From Pirellulales bacterium (GTDB lineage Bacteria; Planctomycetota; Planctomycetia; Pirellulales; JBBRCE01), in NCBI GenBank assembly GCA_038205115.1, contig JBBRCE010000009.1, forward strand, positions 34,928 through 98,927: DNA of 64,000 nt, written 5' to 3'. This document shows, one piece after another, positions 17,506 to 27,878 of this stretch. The position numbers were made by a program, and so were the translations under genes. Below the pieces are notes generated by a model that did no database searches, was not told the origin of the DNA, and was given only the letters and a program-made list of their open reading frames with translations. Every line of letters starts with the position of its first letter. The first letter of the stretch is position 1.

Positions 17506-17644
17506 AAAAAAATCAGCCACAGCCGCCGACCGCTCAGCCCATGCCTGCCTGACATCGGGCCTGAAAACCGTTCCGTGGTAGGAACTTAACGAGCGAAATT
17601 ATCGACTGCAAGGGCTTGTGACTTTTTTCACAATCTCAAACCCA

Positions 17645-17672
17645 GTTTTAACCGATTCGTTTTTTTTGTCAA
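17645..17672 (-). promoter_or_regulatory. Candidate sigma70-like promoter for the respiratory cluster
   Basis: Minus strand reads TTGACA (17672-17667), a 16-nt A-rich spacer, then TAAAAC (17650-17645). This is the only AT-rich stretch between the DUF1559 stop and the Rieske start. Pattern match only. Confidence 0.3.
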
Positions 17673-17706
17673 CTCAGAACATGACTCTTGCGCGCGAAAC
17701 CGCACC

Positions 17707-18861
17707 TTAAGGCAAGTCCACCAACGGGCCGTCATTGTCACGCTTTGCACAGCCCTGCCAGACAGCCAGATCGACCGAATTGTCAACAAACCGCGCCGAA
17801 CCATCTGCCATCAGCACATTCACGCCTGTTGGGTGCTGGCTGCGCGCTGTGCGCCAAGCATACGCCGAGTAAAGATACGGTTTGGCCGGCGGAACGCTCG
17901 GATCGACCGTCACCGATGTGATGCAGTCGCAGTTCGCTGCGTTCGGCGCATAATAGTGGTTGTACGTAGCGCAGCGGTACTCGCCGCTGGCCCAGGCAAA
18001 ACCGCGCGGATTGTTGCCGTTGGACGTGATCGAATTGTAGCTCTTTGCGTTTGCGCACTGAGCGTCGGTCAGTGCTGGCGAACTGGTAAAGGTTAAGACG
18101 AATTTGTAGTTCTGCTGCGGGCGAAACGATGTAAATCCAGCCGATGGGCTGAAATCAGTATCCTCGCCCAGCAAACTCTCCGACATTGCGACGGTATGCG
18201 TCACTCCACGATTGATGCTGCTGAATTTCGTCCTTGAGTTGGTGTAGAAAATACCATCGCAATTGAACGGTGTGCCACCGCCCGCGCCGGAACCGGCGCA
18301 GACCACGTAATTTGTCGGACCAAACTGCGGCAAAACGCGCGGACCGCTGTCGCTGGGACAAAGCAAATTCGGAACGCTCTGTGACACGGCCGCCCGATTC
18401 GCCTCGGAAATCGGGTTTCCAGGCCCCGGCATATACATGGGCAACGAAAGATCGAACATTGCCGCCAGGTTGCCTTGATCCATGTAGGGGAGTAAGCTCA
18501 CAAAAGCTGACCAGCGGTAGAACGTGTGGGGATGAGCCGGATCAGCCGGATAAGGTTTGGAAACCGCGGCCGGCGGCAACCTGTTTGCGACCCCCTCGTA
18601 ATTGTACATCGACTGTCCCAGCTGCCGCAGGTTGCTCAGACATTGAACACGCCGCGCACTTTCTCTCGCGCTGCTGATTGCCGGCAAAAGAATTGCCGTC
18701 AGCAAGGCGATAATTCCAATCACAGCGAGCAATTCCACCAGACTGAACGCGGTGCGTTGTGCCGGCGTGCCCTGTCTTGGAGACTGACGGTTTTTCCGGC
18801 GAGGGATCGCTTCGGCTACCGTCCAACGAGATCTGAGTTGCTGTCGAATGGTTGAGTCCAA
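17707..18861 (-). CDS. DUF1559 family protein (prepilin-type N-terminal methylation motif plus H-x9-DG C-terminus)
   Basis: ..AFSLVELLAVIGIIALLTAILLPA.. at the N-terminus and ..HPTGVNVLMADGSARF.. near the C-terminus. Confidence 0.9.
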   Translation of the reverse strand: MDSTIRQQLRSRWTVAEAIPRRKNRQSPRQGTPAQRTAFSLVELLAVIGIIALLTAILLPAISSARESARRVQCLSNLRQLGQSMYNYEGVANRLPPAAVSKPYPADPAHPHTFYRWSAFVSLLPYMDQGNLAAMFDLSLPMYMPGPGNPISEANRAAVSQSVPNLLCPSDSGPRVLPQFGPTNYVVCAGSGAGGGTPFNCDGIFYTNSRTKFSSINRGVTHTVAMSESLLGEDTDFSPSAGFTSFRPQQNYKFVLTFTSSPALTDAQCANAKSYNSITSNGNNPRGFAWASGEYRCATYNHYYAPNAANCDCITSVTVDPSVPPAKPYLYSAYAWRTARSQHPTGVNVLMADGSARFVDNSVDLAVWQGCAKRDNDGPLVDLP

Positions 18862-18921
18862 CTTCGATCTCCCATGCGCGGTCGAAGGTCGCAGACTGCG
18901 GCTTGGGTTCGCAATTCCTGC

Positions 18922-19683
18922 TTAGCGCGGTACAGCCTGAGGTCGTCGAACAAAGCGACCAAAAACCAGCAGCACTCCGGCTCCGAAAGCCAGCAAAATG
19001 TCCGCGCGAGGCTCTGGCACCACCGCCACCGTTCCGACGGTGGTATTGTCCAGCAGGATGCCATCGGTATTGATCGAGAGCAGCAGCGTGACTTTATTGA
19101 ATGGGTCCGTATCAGTGACGCCAAAGTAAAAAACATTGGTGCTACTTGCATTCGGTCCAATCGTGCCGATCACGACATCCTTGCTGGAGCCGATCAGCGT
19201 GTTTTCAAGCCGGAGCGTGAGCATGTCGACATTGTTCGCATCGCCGGCTTGGATAAAGTAACTCCCAAAACCGTTAATCAGTGAATTGAAAACGATGTTG
19301 TTGTCGTCGTTTGGCGTCGGCAAGGCTTCCGGCTGCTCGAGCAGCGCGGTCAATCCGCTGACCGTGAAGCCCGGCGCCTGTTGGACGCCGGCAAAGTTCG
19401 CTGTGCCGGTGATTCCGGAGGATCCAAACGTTAACGCTTGATTCTTATGGGTTAAACCCAAACGGACACCGGTAATTTCTTCGTAGGTCTCCGTGCCGTA
19501 GAGGTTTAATGCGGCCAGGAACGAATTCTCGACCGGCGTTGCCACCGCGATGTCGTTTGCGTGAGTATCAGGCGAAGGCAGCGGCAAGCTTGAGTAAACC
19601 GACTGTCCGGCAAACGCGAACGACGCCGCACTAAGCACGACAAGCGGCAGCAAGACGCGGAACTTTCTGATCGATCGCTGCAT
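18922..19683 (-). CDS. PEP-CTERM sorting-domain protein
   Basis: Signal peptide (MQRSIRKFRVLLPLVVLSAASFAFA). C-terminal VPEPRADILLAFGAGVLLVFGRFVRR. Confidence 0.75.
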   Translation of the reverse strand: MQRSIRKFRVLLPLVVLSAASFAFAGQSVYSSLPLPSPDTHANDIAVATPVENSFLAALNLYGTETYEEITGVRLGLTHKNQALTFGSSGITGTANFAGVQQAPGFTVSGLTALLEQPEALPTPNDDNNIVFNSLINGFGSYFIQAGDANNVDMLTLRLENTLIGSSKDVVIGTIGPNASSTNVFYFGVTDTDPFNKVTLLLSINTDGILLDNTTVGTVAVVPEPRADILLAFGAGVLLVFGRFVRRPQAVPR

Positions 19684-19695
19684 GCCGATACCCTT

Positions 19696-20775
19696 CTATC
19701 CGGCGAGATTGCGATTAACCGATGACGTTGCCAACGCAGCGCTCGCGGAACGGATGATGCGGCGCCTGCGCGCCAAGCCCAGCATCACCAACGCGGCGCT
19801 CAGCAATGCGAATGAAGACGGTTCTGGAACCGCCAGCGTAAATGCCGTTGCTTCGGTGAACCCCAGAGCGGGATCGGACTGTGCGCTGGCGAATACGCCT
19901 ATAAACGAACCGTCGTATCCGTAACGGCTGATTTGTCCTTGCCCGTTCGCAAAACCCAGAACGCCGACCAACAGTCCGTTGCCATTCGGGTCGTCCAGCA
20001 GCCCTTGCGGAAAAGCCAATCCCGAAATCAAACCCGACGGGTCCGTTCCCAGCGGAATGGCCGCTCCGGTCGTGGCATTGAATTCCGTCAGCGTTCCGCC
20101 AAACAGTCCCGTTACGTAGAGATTGTTATCATGGACCAGCAAACCAGCGGCCCCCGCAATGGAATTGCTCGGGCCGATAAAGTCGGATAGCGAATCGATC
20201 GCGTCGTTCGAGCGGGCGACGGTCGCACCGTCGAAGCCACCGGCCAACAACTGCTGATTCGAAGCCGGGACGATCGGCGGCGCAAAGGCCAGCCCGCTTA
20301 ATTGAGAACTTGTTCCGCCGCTCAAATTGCCTCCCGCGCTACTACCATCCAAATTCAGCCGCGTGATCCCTACGCCGCCCAGATTTGCCACATACAGTGT
20401 CGTGCCGCTAGGGCTGAAGACCATCGAGTTCGGAAAACTCAAGCCCTTCGAAGCATCGGCAAACACGATCGGATTCGAAACCGTGGCGGCGCCAAGGTTG
20501 TAGTCGTAACGCACCACTTCGTTACTCTGGGAACTTGCGACGAATAAATGAGACCCATCAGGCGAGACCACAATGCCGTCCGGGGCATTCAAATTCAGAT
20601 TATCGAGCAACAACCGACCGAGAAACGTTCCGTCGGGACTATACCGATACACGCTGTTGGTGAGCCGGTCCGTGACCAGAACCTCGTTGGCCACAGCCGA
20701 GCGAGTGGCATCCGCCAGCGTGAACAGAGCCACAAACAGAATCAGGCTTAACCGCTTTTGACCGAAAACAACCAT
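19696..20775 (-). CDS. Beta-propeller (NHL/SMP-30-like by eye) protein with PEP-CTERM sorting domain
   Basis: Signal peptide, then repeated ..P.G(I/L)V..(P/S)DG..L(Y/F)V(A/T).. blades. C-terminal VPEPSSFALLSAALVMLGLARRRR. Confidence 0.75.
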   Translation of the reverse strand: MVVFGQKRLSLILFVALFTLADATRSAVANEVLVTDRLTNSVYRYSPDGTFLGRLLLDNLNLNAPDGIVVSPDGSHLFVASSQSNEVVRYDYNLGAATVSNPIVFADASKGLSFPNSMVFSPSGTTLYVANLGGVGITRLNLDGSSAGGNLSGGTSSQLSGLAFAPPIVPASNQQLLAGGFDGATVARSNDAIDSLSDFIGPSNSIAGAAGLLVHDNNLYVTGLFGGTLTEFNATTGAAIPLGTDPSGLISGLAFPQGLLDDPNGNGLLVGVLGFANGQGQISRYGYDGSFIGVFASAQSDPALGFTEATAFTLAVPEPSSFALLSAALVMLGLARRRRIIRSASAALATSSVNRNLAG

Positions 20776-21309
20776 AATCGAGCGCCTCGTGGTGATGCCA
20801 ATGCCAATTGTCGTTTGCGCGGCTGCGGCAATTCATCGAACGCGTTTGAACGGTTGCGGTTGCAGGCACGCAACTCGCAATTCATGCGCTTGTGAATTCG
20901 TCAGGATCGAAACGGTGAGCTTGACGGTAAGTGCCGAAACGGTTCGAACTCTGCCGGGGAGCCGCACTGCTTCTGGTGAGCCGATCAAAACACGCCGCCA
21001 GACAAGTACGTCCAAGTTCGGCGGGCGAACGCTATGATACACTAACGAACGTTTGAGTAAAGCTCCCGCCCGCAGTTTGGCGATTTAGCCAGCACTTCGG
21101 GGCAGTTACCCGCGGCGGATCCCGGCTGTTTTCGATGGAGCGACTAGCCCAACAATCGATTGCAAAACCGGCCGAAAAACGGGCGTTGGCATTCACGTCC
21201 GACGACGCCACGCGACCTGGAACCGCACCTGACTCCAACGTCAGGCTAAGACACTGCAGCAGCGGTAAACAACATTGCCTGCCAGACCGGCGACGACCTA
21301 AAATAAGGG

Positions 21310-22764
21310 TTGATCGTTAGCCCAAACGTTTGGAGAGGGAATCCGTTGCAATCGCTCGCCGCCGCTGATGATTCGCAAAAGCCGTTGCGGCGCGCGCATT
21401 TGATCGGCGTTGGCGGCGCCGGAATGCGATCGCTGGCCGCGGTGCTGCACGCGCAGGGCTGGCGACTGACCGGGTCGGACACCGATCACCACGCGGCGCG
21501 AAGGGCACCTCGCGGCTTGCAGCACATCAGCGTTGGGCATCACCGCGACAATATCACGTCGCAAATCGATCTGGTGGTTCATAGCCCCGCAATCGCGGCC
21601 GACAATCCGGAGCTGCTGGCCGCTGAGCAGGCCGGCATTCGCATCGTCAGCTATCCGCAAATGCTGGCAAGCGTTTCCGTCGGCAAGCTCGGTCTGGCCG
21701 TTGCCGGTACGCATGGCAAATCCACCGTGACCGCCATGGCTGCCGAAATCCTTTCGGCTGCAGGCTGGGATCCGGCCATGATCTGCGGCGCCACGCCCAT
21801 TGCGCGGCAGGCGGGCGGTCGCTGGGGCAGTGGCCCACACTTTTTGCTGGAAGCCTGCGAATACCGCGAACACTTCTTACATCTCGCGCCGACTGCGGCC
21901 GTGGTGCTGAATATCGAGCCAGACCACTTCGATTCCTTCCCGGACGACGATTCGCTGACCGGCGCGTTTACGCGGTTTGTCAACAAGATCCCCGCCCACG
22001 GCCTGCTACTGCTCAACTCGCACTGCGCCCGTGCCAATGGTTTGGCGTCGAAGGCTGGATGTCGGCGGGTGACGTTTGGCCTAACCGCCGATTCCGACTG
22101 GCGGGCAAAGCCACTGGCCGATGAGCTCGGTTGCTTAAGTTTTCGGCTGTTTCACCGCCGCCAGTACGTGACGGATGTGTTGCTCCGCGTGCCGGGCGTA
22201 CACAACCTGAAAAATGCCCTGGCGGCCGCGGCGTTATGCAGCGAATTGGGCGCCAGCGCGGCCGATATCCGTCGTGGCATGGCGCGTTTTCTCGGCCTGC
22301 ATCGGCGATTAGAAACGTTAAGCCCCTGCGGCCCAATCTCGCGCGTGGACGATTACGCGCATCATCCCACGGCGGTCACGGCAAGTCTGGCCAGCATTCG
22401 CGGGATGTTTCCGGGCCGCCGGATTTGCCTGCTGTTTCAGCCGCATCAGGCGTTACGCACGACGCGCTTACTAGACGGATTCGCCGCCAGTCTGCACAAT
22501 GCGGACTTGCTGGCGATTGCGCCGGTGTTTCGCGCACGCGAGGCAGCGGCGGCAAACGATGACCATCCCTGCCAGCGCCTGGCTCACGCAGCCACGCGCG
22601 GCGATCGCCAAACACTGTGGAATCACGACCTCAACACCTTGGTGGATCAGTTCACGCGTCAACTTCGGCCCGGCGACGTGCTGGTGACCATGGGTGCGGG
22701 CGACATTGGGAAAGTTTGCAATGACATTGGCGACAGGCTTCGAGAAAATTATCCGGTCGGCTGA
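21310..22764 (+). CDS. murC: UDP-N-acetylmuramate--L-alanine ligase
   Basis: ..HLIGVGGAGMRSLA.. and the Mur-ligase P-loop ..VAGTHGKSTVTAM... Followed by murB. The start (TTG 21310) is uncertain. Confidence 0.85.
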   Translation: MIVSPNVWRGNPLQSLAAADDSQKPLRRAHLIGVGGAGMRSLAAVLHAQGWRLTGSDTDHHAARRAPRGLQHISVGHHRDNITSQIDLVVHSPAIAADNPELLAAEQAGIRIVSYPQMLASVSVGKLGLAVAGTHGKSTVTAMAAEILSAAGWDPAMICGATPIARQAGGRWGSGPHFLLEACEYREHFLHLAPTAAVVLNIEPDHFDSFPDDDSLTGAFTRFVNKIPAHGLLLLNSHCARANGLASKAGCRRVTFGLTADSDWRAKPLADELGCLSFRLFHRRQYVTDVLLRVPGVHNLKNALAAAALCSELGASAADIRRGMARFLGLHRRLETLSPCGPISRVDDYAHHPTAVTASLASIRGMFPGRRICLLFQPHQALRTTRLLDGFAASLHNADLLAIAPVFRAREAAAANDDHPCQRLAHAATRGDRQTLWNHDLNTLVDQFTRQLRPGDVLVTMGAGDIGKVCNDIGDRLRENYPVG

Positions 22765-23599
22765 ACCGCTGGCCGCTTACACGTATTTTCGCATCGGCGG
22801 TCCGGCGCAGTATTTCGCCGAGCCCAGCAATGTCGATCAGCTCGCGGCGCTCGTACGCCGGTGCCGCGACGAAGGCGTGCCGGTCCACATTCTTGGCGGC
22901 GGATCCAACATTCTGGTTCGTGACGAAGGCGTGGCCGGCATGGTCATCCAACTCACCGCGCCGCTGTTTAACGAAGTTGGTATCCAGTCGCGCGTGCTCA
23001 CCGCCGGCGCAGGCGCCAAGCTAGGGCACGTCATCTCAACCTCCGTGCGCGAAGGCCTGGCGGGACTCGAACCGCTAGTTGGCATTCCCGGCACGATCGG
23101 CGGCGCGCTGCACGGCAACGCCGGCGGACGCGGCGGCGATATCGGCCAATGGACCTGCCGCGCCACGGTGATGACCCGCGATGGCGAAATTCTCGTCCGC
23201 CCGCGCGAAGAATTGGTGTTCGCCTACCGACAGAGCAGCCTCGACGAACTGGTGATCCTCAGCGCCGAATTTCAGCTCGAAAGCGAAGATCCGCAAGAAC
23301 TCACCAAGCGAATGCAAACGCAGTGGATCGTCAAAAAATCGACGCAACCGCTAGGCCATCAGAGCGCCGGTTGCATTTTCAAAAACCCACGCGGCATTAG
23401 CGCCGGCATGCTGATCGAACAATGCGGCCTCAAAGGCGCCAAGATCGGCGGAGCGGCCGTCAGCGACCGCCACGCCAACTACATCGTCGCCGAACCCGGC
23501 GCCACCGCGCACGACGTGTTGCAACTGATGGAACACGTCCGCGGGCAAGTCGCCGAGCGGTTGGGCGTCGAACTGGAAAACGAAATTCAAGTCTGGTGA
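22694..23599 (+). CDS. murB: UDP-N-acetylenolpyruvoylglucosamine reductase
   Basis: ..YFRIGGPAQYFAEP.., ..ILGGGSNIL.., ..GIPGTIGGAL... It overlaps the murC 3' end. Alternative start at ATG 22721. Confidence 0.88.
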   Translation: MRATLGKFAMTLATGFEKIIRSAEPLAAYTYFRIGGPAQYFAEPSNVDQLAALVRRCRDEGVPVHILGGGSNILVRDEGVAGMVIQLTAPLFNEVGIQSRVLTAGAGAKLGHVISTSVREGLAGLEPLVGIPGTIGGALHGNAGGRGGDIGQWTCRATVMTRDGEILVRPREELVFAYRQSSLDELVILSAEFQLESEDPQELTKRMQTQWIVKKSTQPLGHQSAGCIFKNPRGISAGMLIEQCGLKGAKIGGAAVSDRHANYIVAEPGATAHDVLQLMEHVRGQVAERLGVELENEIQVW

Positions 23600-23663
23600 T
23601 GGCGGCCCTGCGAACGTCATGCAAACGACTGCCTCGCGAAAAATCGACGCGGATCGCAATCGG

Positions 23664-24662
23664 TCACGGCGTCTGGCCGCGCTGCTTCTGTCGGCGACGA
23701 CGGGCGTAGCCGTGATCGCAAAACCAATTCCACGCATCGGCAATCGTTTCTGCCAGCGGCCGATTACGATAGTCCAGTTCGGCTTTTGCCCGGGCACTCG
23801 AAAAATGATGCGGCAGCAGCGACAACCCAACCGAGGCACTGTTGACGTCTGACTCGTGGCCAGAAACACGAAACGCAAAATCACCCACTCGCGCGGCGGT
23901 CGACAAAATCCAGCCTGGCGCCGCGCCGCGAGGCGGCCAAGCGCCGGTGGCCAGTGCGAATTGTCGCCAGGCTTGCAGGTAGCTTAACGCGTGCCCGCCA
24001 AGAATATATCGCCGGCCCGTTTTGCCGCGTTCCAGCGCTGCCAGGATGCCGGCCGCCACATCGCGAACGTCGCAAAAATCGTTGCCGCCCGGCGGGGCCA
24101 ACAGTGCAAACCCCTTGCTCACTTCCAGCAGCATCCGCCCGGACGACGGCTTCCAATCCCACGGTCCGAGCATGAACGCGGGATTCACAATCACTGCGTC
24201 CAGCCCGCGCTGAATTTCTTCCAACAACGCTTGTTCGGCCGCGCGCTTGGACGTGACGTAGGGGCAGAGCACCGATCCCGCGGCTGGCGTTTCTTCATCG
24301 GCCGGTGCGCCGAGTCCCAGCGCATCCACGCTGGAGACATGCACCATCCGCGCGCCAGTTGTCCGCGCGGCCACGGCCACGTTCCGCGTGCCTTCGATGT
24401 TCACGGCGCGATGCTTGTCTTGGCCGCTCCAGCCCAGGTGCACGTGTCCCGCGCAGTGAATGACCTGGCTGACTCCCGTGCAGGCGCGCAGCAGAGATGC
24501 GGCGTCGGTGACGTCGCCCGCGGCGCTTTCAACGTTCAGGCCTGCCAGCGCGGGCGGATTTGCCGTGCGAACCAACACGCGCACCGCGCGTTGTTGATCC
24601 AATAGCATCCGCACCACGTTATTGCCCACTAGCCCGGTTGCACCGGTGACGAGGATGCTCAT
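23664..24662 (-). CDS. Extended SDR family NAD-dependent epimerase/dehydratase (substrate not assignable)
   Basis: MSILVTGATGLVGNNVV Rossmann motif. 332 aa with the overall pattern of dihydroflavonol-reductase-like epimerases. Confidence 0.75.
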   Translation of the reverse strand: MSILVTGATGLVGNNVVRMLLDQQRAVRVLVRTANPPALAGLNVESAAGDVTDAASLLRACTGVSQVIHCAGHVHLGWSGQDKHRAVNIEGTRNVAVAARTTGARMVHVSSVDALGLGAPADEETPAAGSVLCPYVTSKRAAEQALLEEIQRGLDAVIVNPAFMLGPWDWKPSSGRMLLEVSKGFALLAPPGGNDFCDVRDVAAGILAALERGKTGRRYILGGHALSYLQAWRQFALATGAWPPRGAAPGWILSTAARVGDFAFRVSGHESDVNSASVGLSLLPHHFSSARAKAELDYRNRPLAETIADAWNWFCDHGYARRRRQKQRGQTP

Positions 24663-24818
24663 ACGGAATCAGATCTGTCCAGCGGTGCCGTGTGCGGAGA
24701 ACTTGCCGAGAGTGCGGGGCAAATTGCCCAGCGCGTTGCCGCTTGACGTTACGTGAGTACGACGCCTAGATTGGCGAGGTGCCGGTATCATCCCATATTC
24801 CTTCGAATGAATCTACGC

Positions 24819-25952
24819 ATGCCCAACATTGAGATCCAAGCGGTCGAGTCGCGGCGCGATCAGAAAGCGTTTTTGCAGTTGCCGTGGTCGATCTATCGCG
24901 ACGACCCACATTGGGTGCCGCCGCTGCTGATGGATTTCAAACGTCTGCTGAATTTTTCGCACCATCCGTTTTACGACGACGCCAAAATCGCCACCTTTTT
25001 AGCCCGGCGCGACGGCGAAGTCGTCGGGCGAATCGCGGCCATCGTCAATCATGCGCACAACCGCAAGTACCAAGAAAAACGCGGCTTCTTTGGCTTCTTC
25101 GAATCGATCGACGACCAAGCCGTGGCCGACGCACTGTTTGGCGCGGCGCGCCGCTGGCTGACGGCCGAAGGCATGACCTGCGTGCGCGGTCCTGCCAATC
25201 CCTCGTTGAACTACGAGTGTGGCCTGCTGGTCGAATGCTTCGATCAAATGCCCACGTTCATGATGACGTACAATCGCCCGTATTATGGCCGCTTGATCGA
25301 AGCGGCTGGCCTAGCGCGTTCGCAAGACCTGCTGGCCTTCTGGGGCAAAATGGACATGCTGGCCACGCTGGATCCCAAACTGTTTTTCATCGCCACGCAG
25401 GCCATGGAACGTTTGAACGTCAAAGTGCGGCCGATGAACACCAAAAAGTTCACGGAAGAACTGCAGATGTTTTTGCACATTTATAACGATTCGATGCTCG
25501 GCACTTGGGGATTTGTGCCGCTCTCCAGTTCGGAAATCAAAGTTCTGGGCGAAGGACTCAAACACTTGATCGTGCCGGAACTGGCCATTGTGGCCGAGGT
25601 GGATGGCAAGCCGATCGGTGCCTCGTTCGGCCTGCTCGATTATAACCCGCGAATTCGCAAAATCGGCGGTCGCTTGTTTCCCTTCGGCTTCATCAAACTG
25701 CTGCGTAACAAACGCTCGATTAAAAAGATTCGCATCATCAGCACCAACGTGGTGCAAGAATATCAGCGCTGGGGCGTGGGCTTAATTCTGATGGGCCACT
25801 TCGTCGAACCGATGCAACGTTTTGGCGTGCAAGAAGTCGAGTTCTCCTGGGTGCTGGAGTCCAACCACCTCTCGCGCGCGTCACTTGAGCGCGGCGGGGC
25901 GATCCTGCAAAAACGCTATCGAATGTACGATCAAGATTTCGCCGCATCGTAA
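24819..25952 (+). CDS. Conserved hypothetical protein, possible GNAT-fold acyltransferase
   Basis: Start ATG 24819 (MPNIEIQAVESRRDQKAFLQLPW..). Codon usage looks coding. The family assignment is from memory only and is tentative. Confidence 0.55.
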   Translation: MPNIEIQAVESRRDQKAFLQLPWSIYRDDPHWVPPLLMDFKRLLNFSHHPFYDDAKIATFLARRDGEVVGRIAAIVNHAHNRKYQEKRGFFGFFESIDDQAVADALFGAARRWLTAEGMTCVRGPANPSLNYECGLLVECFDQMPTFMMTYNRPYYGRLIEAAGLARSQDLLAFWGKMDMLATLDPKLFFIATQAMERLNVKVRPMNTKKFTEELQMFLHIYNDSMLGTWGFVPLSSSEIKVLGEGLKHLIVPELAIVAEVDGKPIGASFGLLDYNPRIRKIGGRLFPFGFIKLLRNKRSIKKIRIISTNVVQEYQRWGVGLILMGHFVEPMQRFGVQEVEFSWVLESNHLSRASLERGGAILQKRYRMYDQDFAAS

Positions 25953-26014
25953 CACGTTGAGCAAGCCACGATCGCTTATCAACTTTCGGAATTGTCAACA
26001 CTCGATCGGTTTGC

Positions 26015-27097
26015 ATGCTCATCAGCCCAGCTCAATTTCAGGCGATTGTCAGCGGACGCCAACGCGGCATCGGCGGCGCGCTGGCGCGGGCCGGACTCAC
26101 GCTGGGCGAGTGGCCATACCGCTGGGCGGTGGGATGGCGAAATCGAAAATTCGACGCCGGCCGCAATGTTCACAAAGCCCGCGTCCCGGTGATTAGCGTC
26201 GGCAACCTCACGCTGGGCGGTACCGGCAAAACACCATTGGTGGCCTGGCTGGCTCGCTGGTTCCGCCAGCAAGGCGTCCGCGTAACGCTCATCAGTCGCG
26301 GCTACGGCGCCGAGCAAGGCGCACGCAACGACGAAGCGCTCGAATTGGAACATCTGCTGCCCGACGTGCCGCACGTGCAAAATCCCGATCGCGTGGCCGC
26401 CGCGCGAATGGCAATTGAAGAATTCGAAGCCCAGTTGCTGCTGCTGGACGACGCCTTTCAGCATCGCCGCATTGCCCGCGATCTGGACATCGTGCTGCTG
26501 GACGCCTTGGAACCGTTTGGCTTTGGACATGTTTTTCCGCGAGGGCTGCTGCGTGAACCGATCGCCGGTCTGAAGCGCGCGCAAATCATCGTGCTCACCC
26601 GCGCGGACATGGTGGATGATGCCCGTCGCCATCAAATTCGCGCCACGGCAGTCGCGCAAAATCCTCAAGCGCTATGGGTCGAGGCGGCCCACGCGCCCAT
26701 CGGACTGCTGGCCCACGGCGATTCGCCGGACGAGCCCTTTCGCGATCTGAAGACCCTGCGAGGGCAGCGCGTCGCCGCGTTCTGCGGCTTGGGCAATCCA
26801 CAGGGTTTTCGCCACACGCTGCTGTCCTGCGGTTGCGAACTGGCCGGTTTTCGCGAGTTTCCTGACCATCACGCCTACTCGCGCGACGATCTCGATTCGC
26901 TCGCCGCCTGGACCGCTTCGCTCGACGTCACGTCGCTGATTTGCACACACAAAGATCTGGTCAAGGTCGCTTGCCCACGGATCGGCAGCAAGCCGCTGCT
27001 GGCGCTGGTGGTCGGCATGCAATTTCGCTCCGGCGGCCGAGAATTCGAGCAGCGTTTGGCGGCAATCAACCAATCGATCCACGCAGCGCAGGCTTAG
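26015..27097 (+). CDS. lpxK: Tetraacyldisaccharide 4'-kinase
   Basis: ..VISVGNLTLGGTGKTPLVAWLA.. P-loop. 360 aa. Confidence 0.88.
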   Translation: MLISPAQFQAIVSGRQRGIGGALARAGLTLGEWPYRWAVGWRNRKFDAGRNVHKARVPVISVGNLTLGGTGKTPLVAWLARWFRQQGVRVTLISRGYGAEQGARNDEALELEHLLPDVPHVQNPDRVAAARMAIEEFEAQLLLLDDAFQHRRIARDLDIVLLDALEPFGFGHVFPRGLLREPIAGLKRAQIIVLTRADMVDDARRHQIRATAVAQNPQALWVEAAHAPIGLLAHGDSPDEPFRDLKTLRGQRVAAFCGLGNPQGFRHTLLSCGCELAGFREFPDHHAYSRDDLDSLAAWTASLDVTSLICTHKDLVKVACPRIGSKPLLALVVGMQFRSGGREFEQRLAAINQSIHAAQA

Positions 27098-27165
27098 TGC
27101 GACGGCCCGAACATAAAATTCTTGCAATCCATTTGCTCTGGATGCCAAGCGTGCCATAAAATCAG

Positions 27166-27753
27166 TTGTTCCGTCCGCTGGTTGAAGTTGCCGGATCGTC
27201 GCCGGCCAGATTTGGGTTCCCGGGCCGGTGTCGTTTTGTCGAGGAGTGCAGTCCCGTGGTGATTTTCGCATGGATATTGGCGCTGGTCGGATTTCTGATC
27301 GTGTGCTGCGCCGTGGCTTGGTCGCCCTGGCGTCGTTCGCGACGGCGCGGCCAATTTCTGCTGGCCTGCCACCAATTTCATTTGCGTCGCGAACCGCTGG
27401 AACATAAGTTTTTGCAGATTGCCGGCAGCAGTGGCAAGCCGCGCGGGCTGCGCTGGGCCGATTGCGACTTTGCCGACGATATCACCTACGCGCGCGATCG
27501 AATCAGCGGCCAGCTCAGCGCGCTGGTCAGCATCACCATTCGCTTCGAAGCCATCGAAGGCGGCGGCATGGAAGAGGTGGAAGCCGTTTCCAACCTCCGC
27601 GCCGCCACCGCCGTGTTTCAATACGAAAAAGGCGCCTGGCTGACGCAAGGCCGCGCGCTGTTCAACCTCAACCCGGCCGAAGCCGTGCAGTATTATCAGG
27701 CCAACCTGGAACTCGTGGCCCACGAAGCGGCCCATTCCGGCACGCATTCGTAA
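27166..27753 (+). CDS. Hypothetical membrane-anchored protein
   Basis: One TM helix (VVIFAWILALVGFLIVCCAVAW). Plus-frame codons resemble neighbouring genes, while the overlapping minus ORF 27094..27747 is Gly/Ala/Arg-rich and antisense-like. Start uncertain. Confidence 0.5.
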   Translation: MFRPLVEVAGSSPARFGFPGRCRFVEECSPVVIFAWILALVGFLIVCCAVAWSPWRRSRRRGQFLLACHQFHLRREPLEHKFLQIAGSSGKPRGLRWADCDFADDITYARDRISGQLSALVSITIRFEAIEGGGMEEVEAVSNLRAATAVFQYEKGAWLTQGRALFNLNPAEAVQYYQANLELVAHEAAHSGTHS

Positions 27754-27878
27754 CGGCCGGTCAATTGTCGGTTCGCCAGCGTGGCAAGATTCAACTCCTC
27801 GCCAGCAGCCTTGGCGCTCGTTTCGTTCCGCCTTCGCAATCCCGCCTTCCTCAACCCTACCGCGCCCCGAGTTTTCTC

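Noticed and set aside
17305-17520. N-terminal extension of the Rieske ORF reading (VARGDIRRI)n
   Set aside because: The peptide repeat is just the translation of the 27-bp DNA tandem repeat. Both strands and several frames are open across it. ATG 17304 gives a sensible start.
20776-21309. 534-bp divergent intergenic region with several 60-80-aa ORFs and a duplicated gcaattcat 9-mer
   Set aside because: The ORFs are mutually overlapping and compositionally non-coding. The short repeat is too small to interpret. The region is most simply a divergent promoter region.
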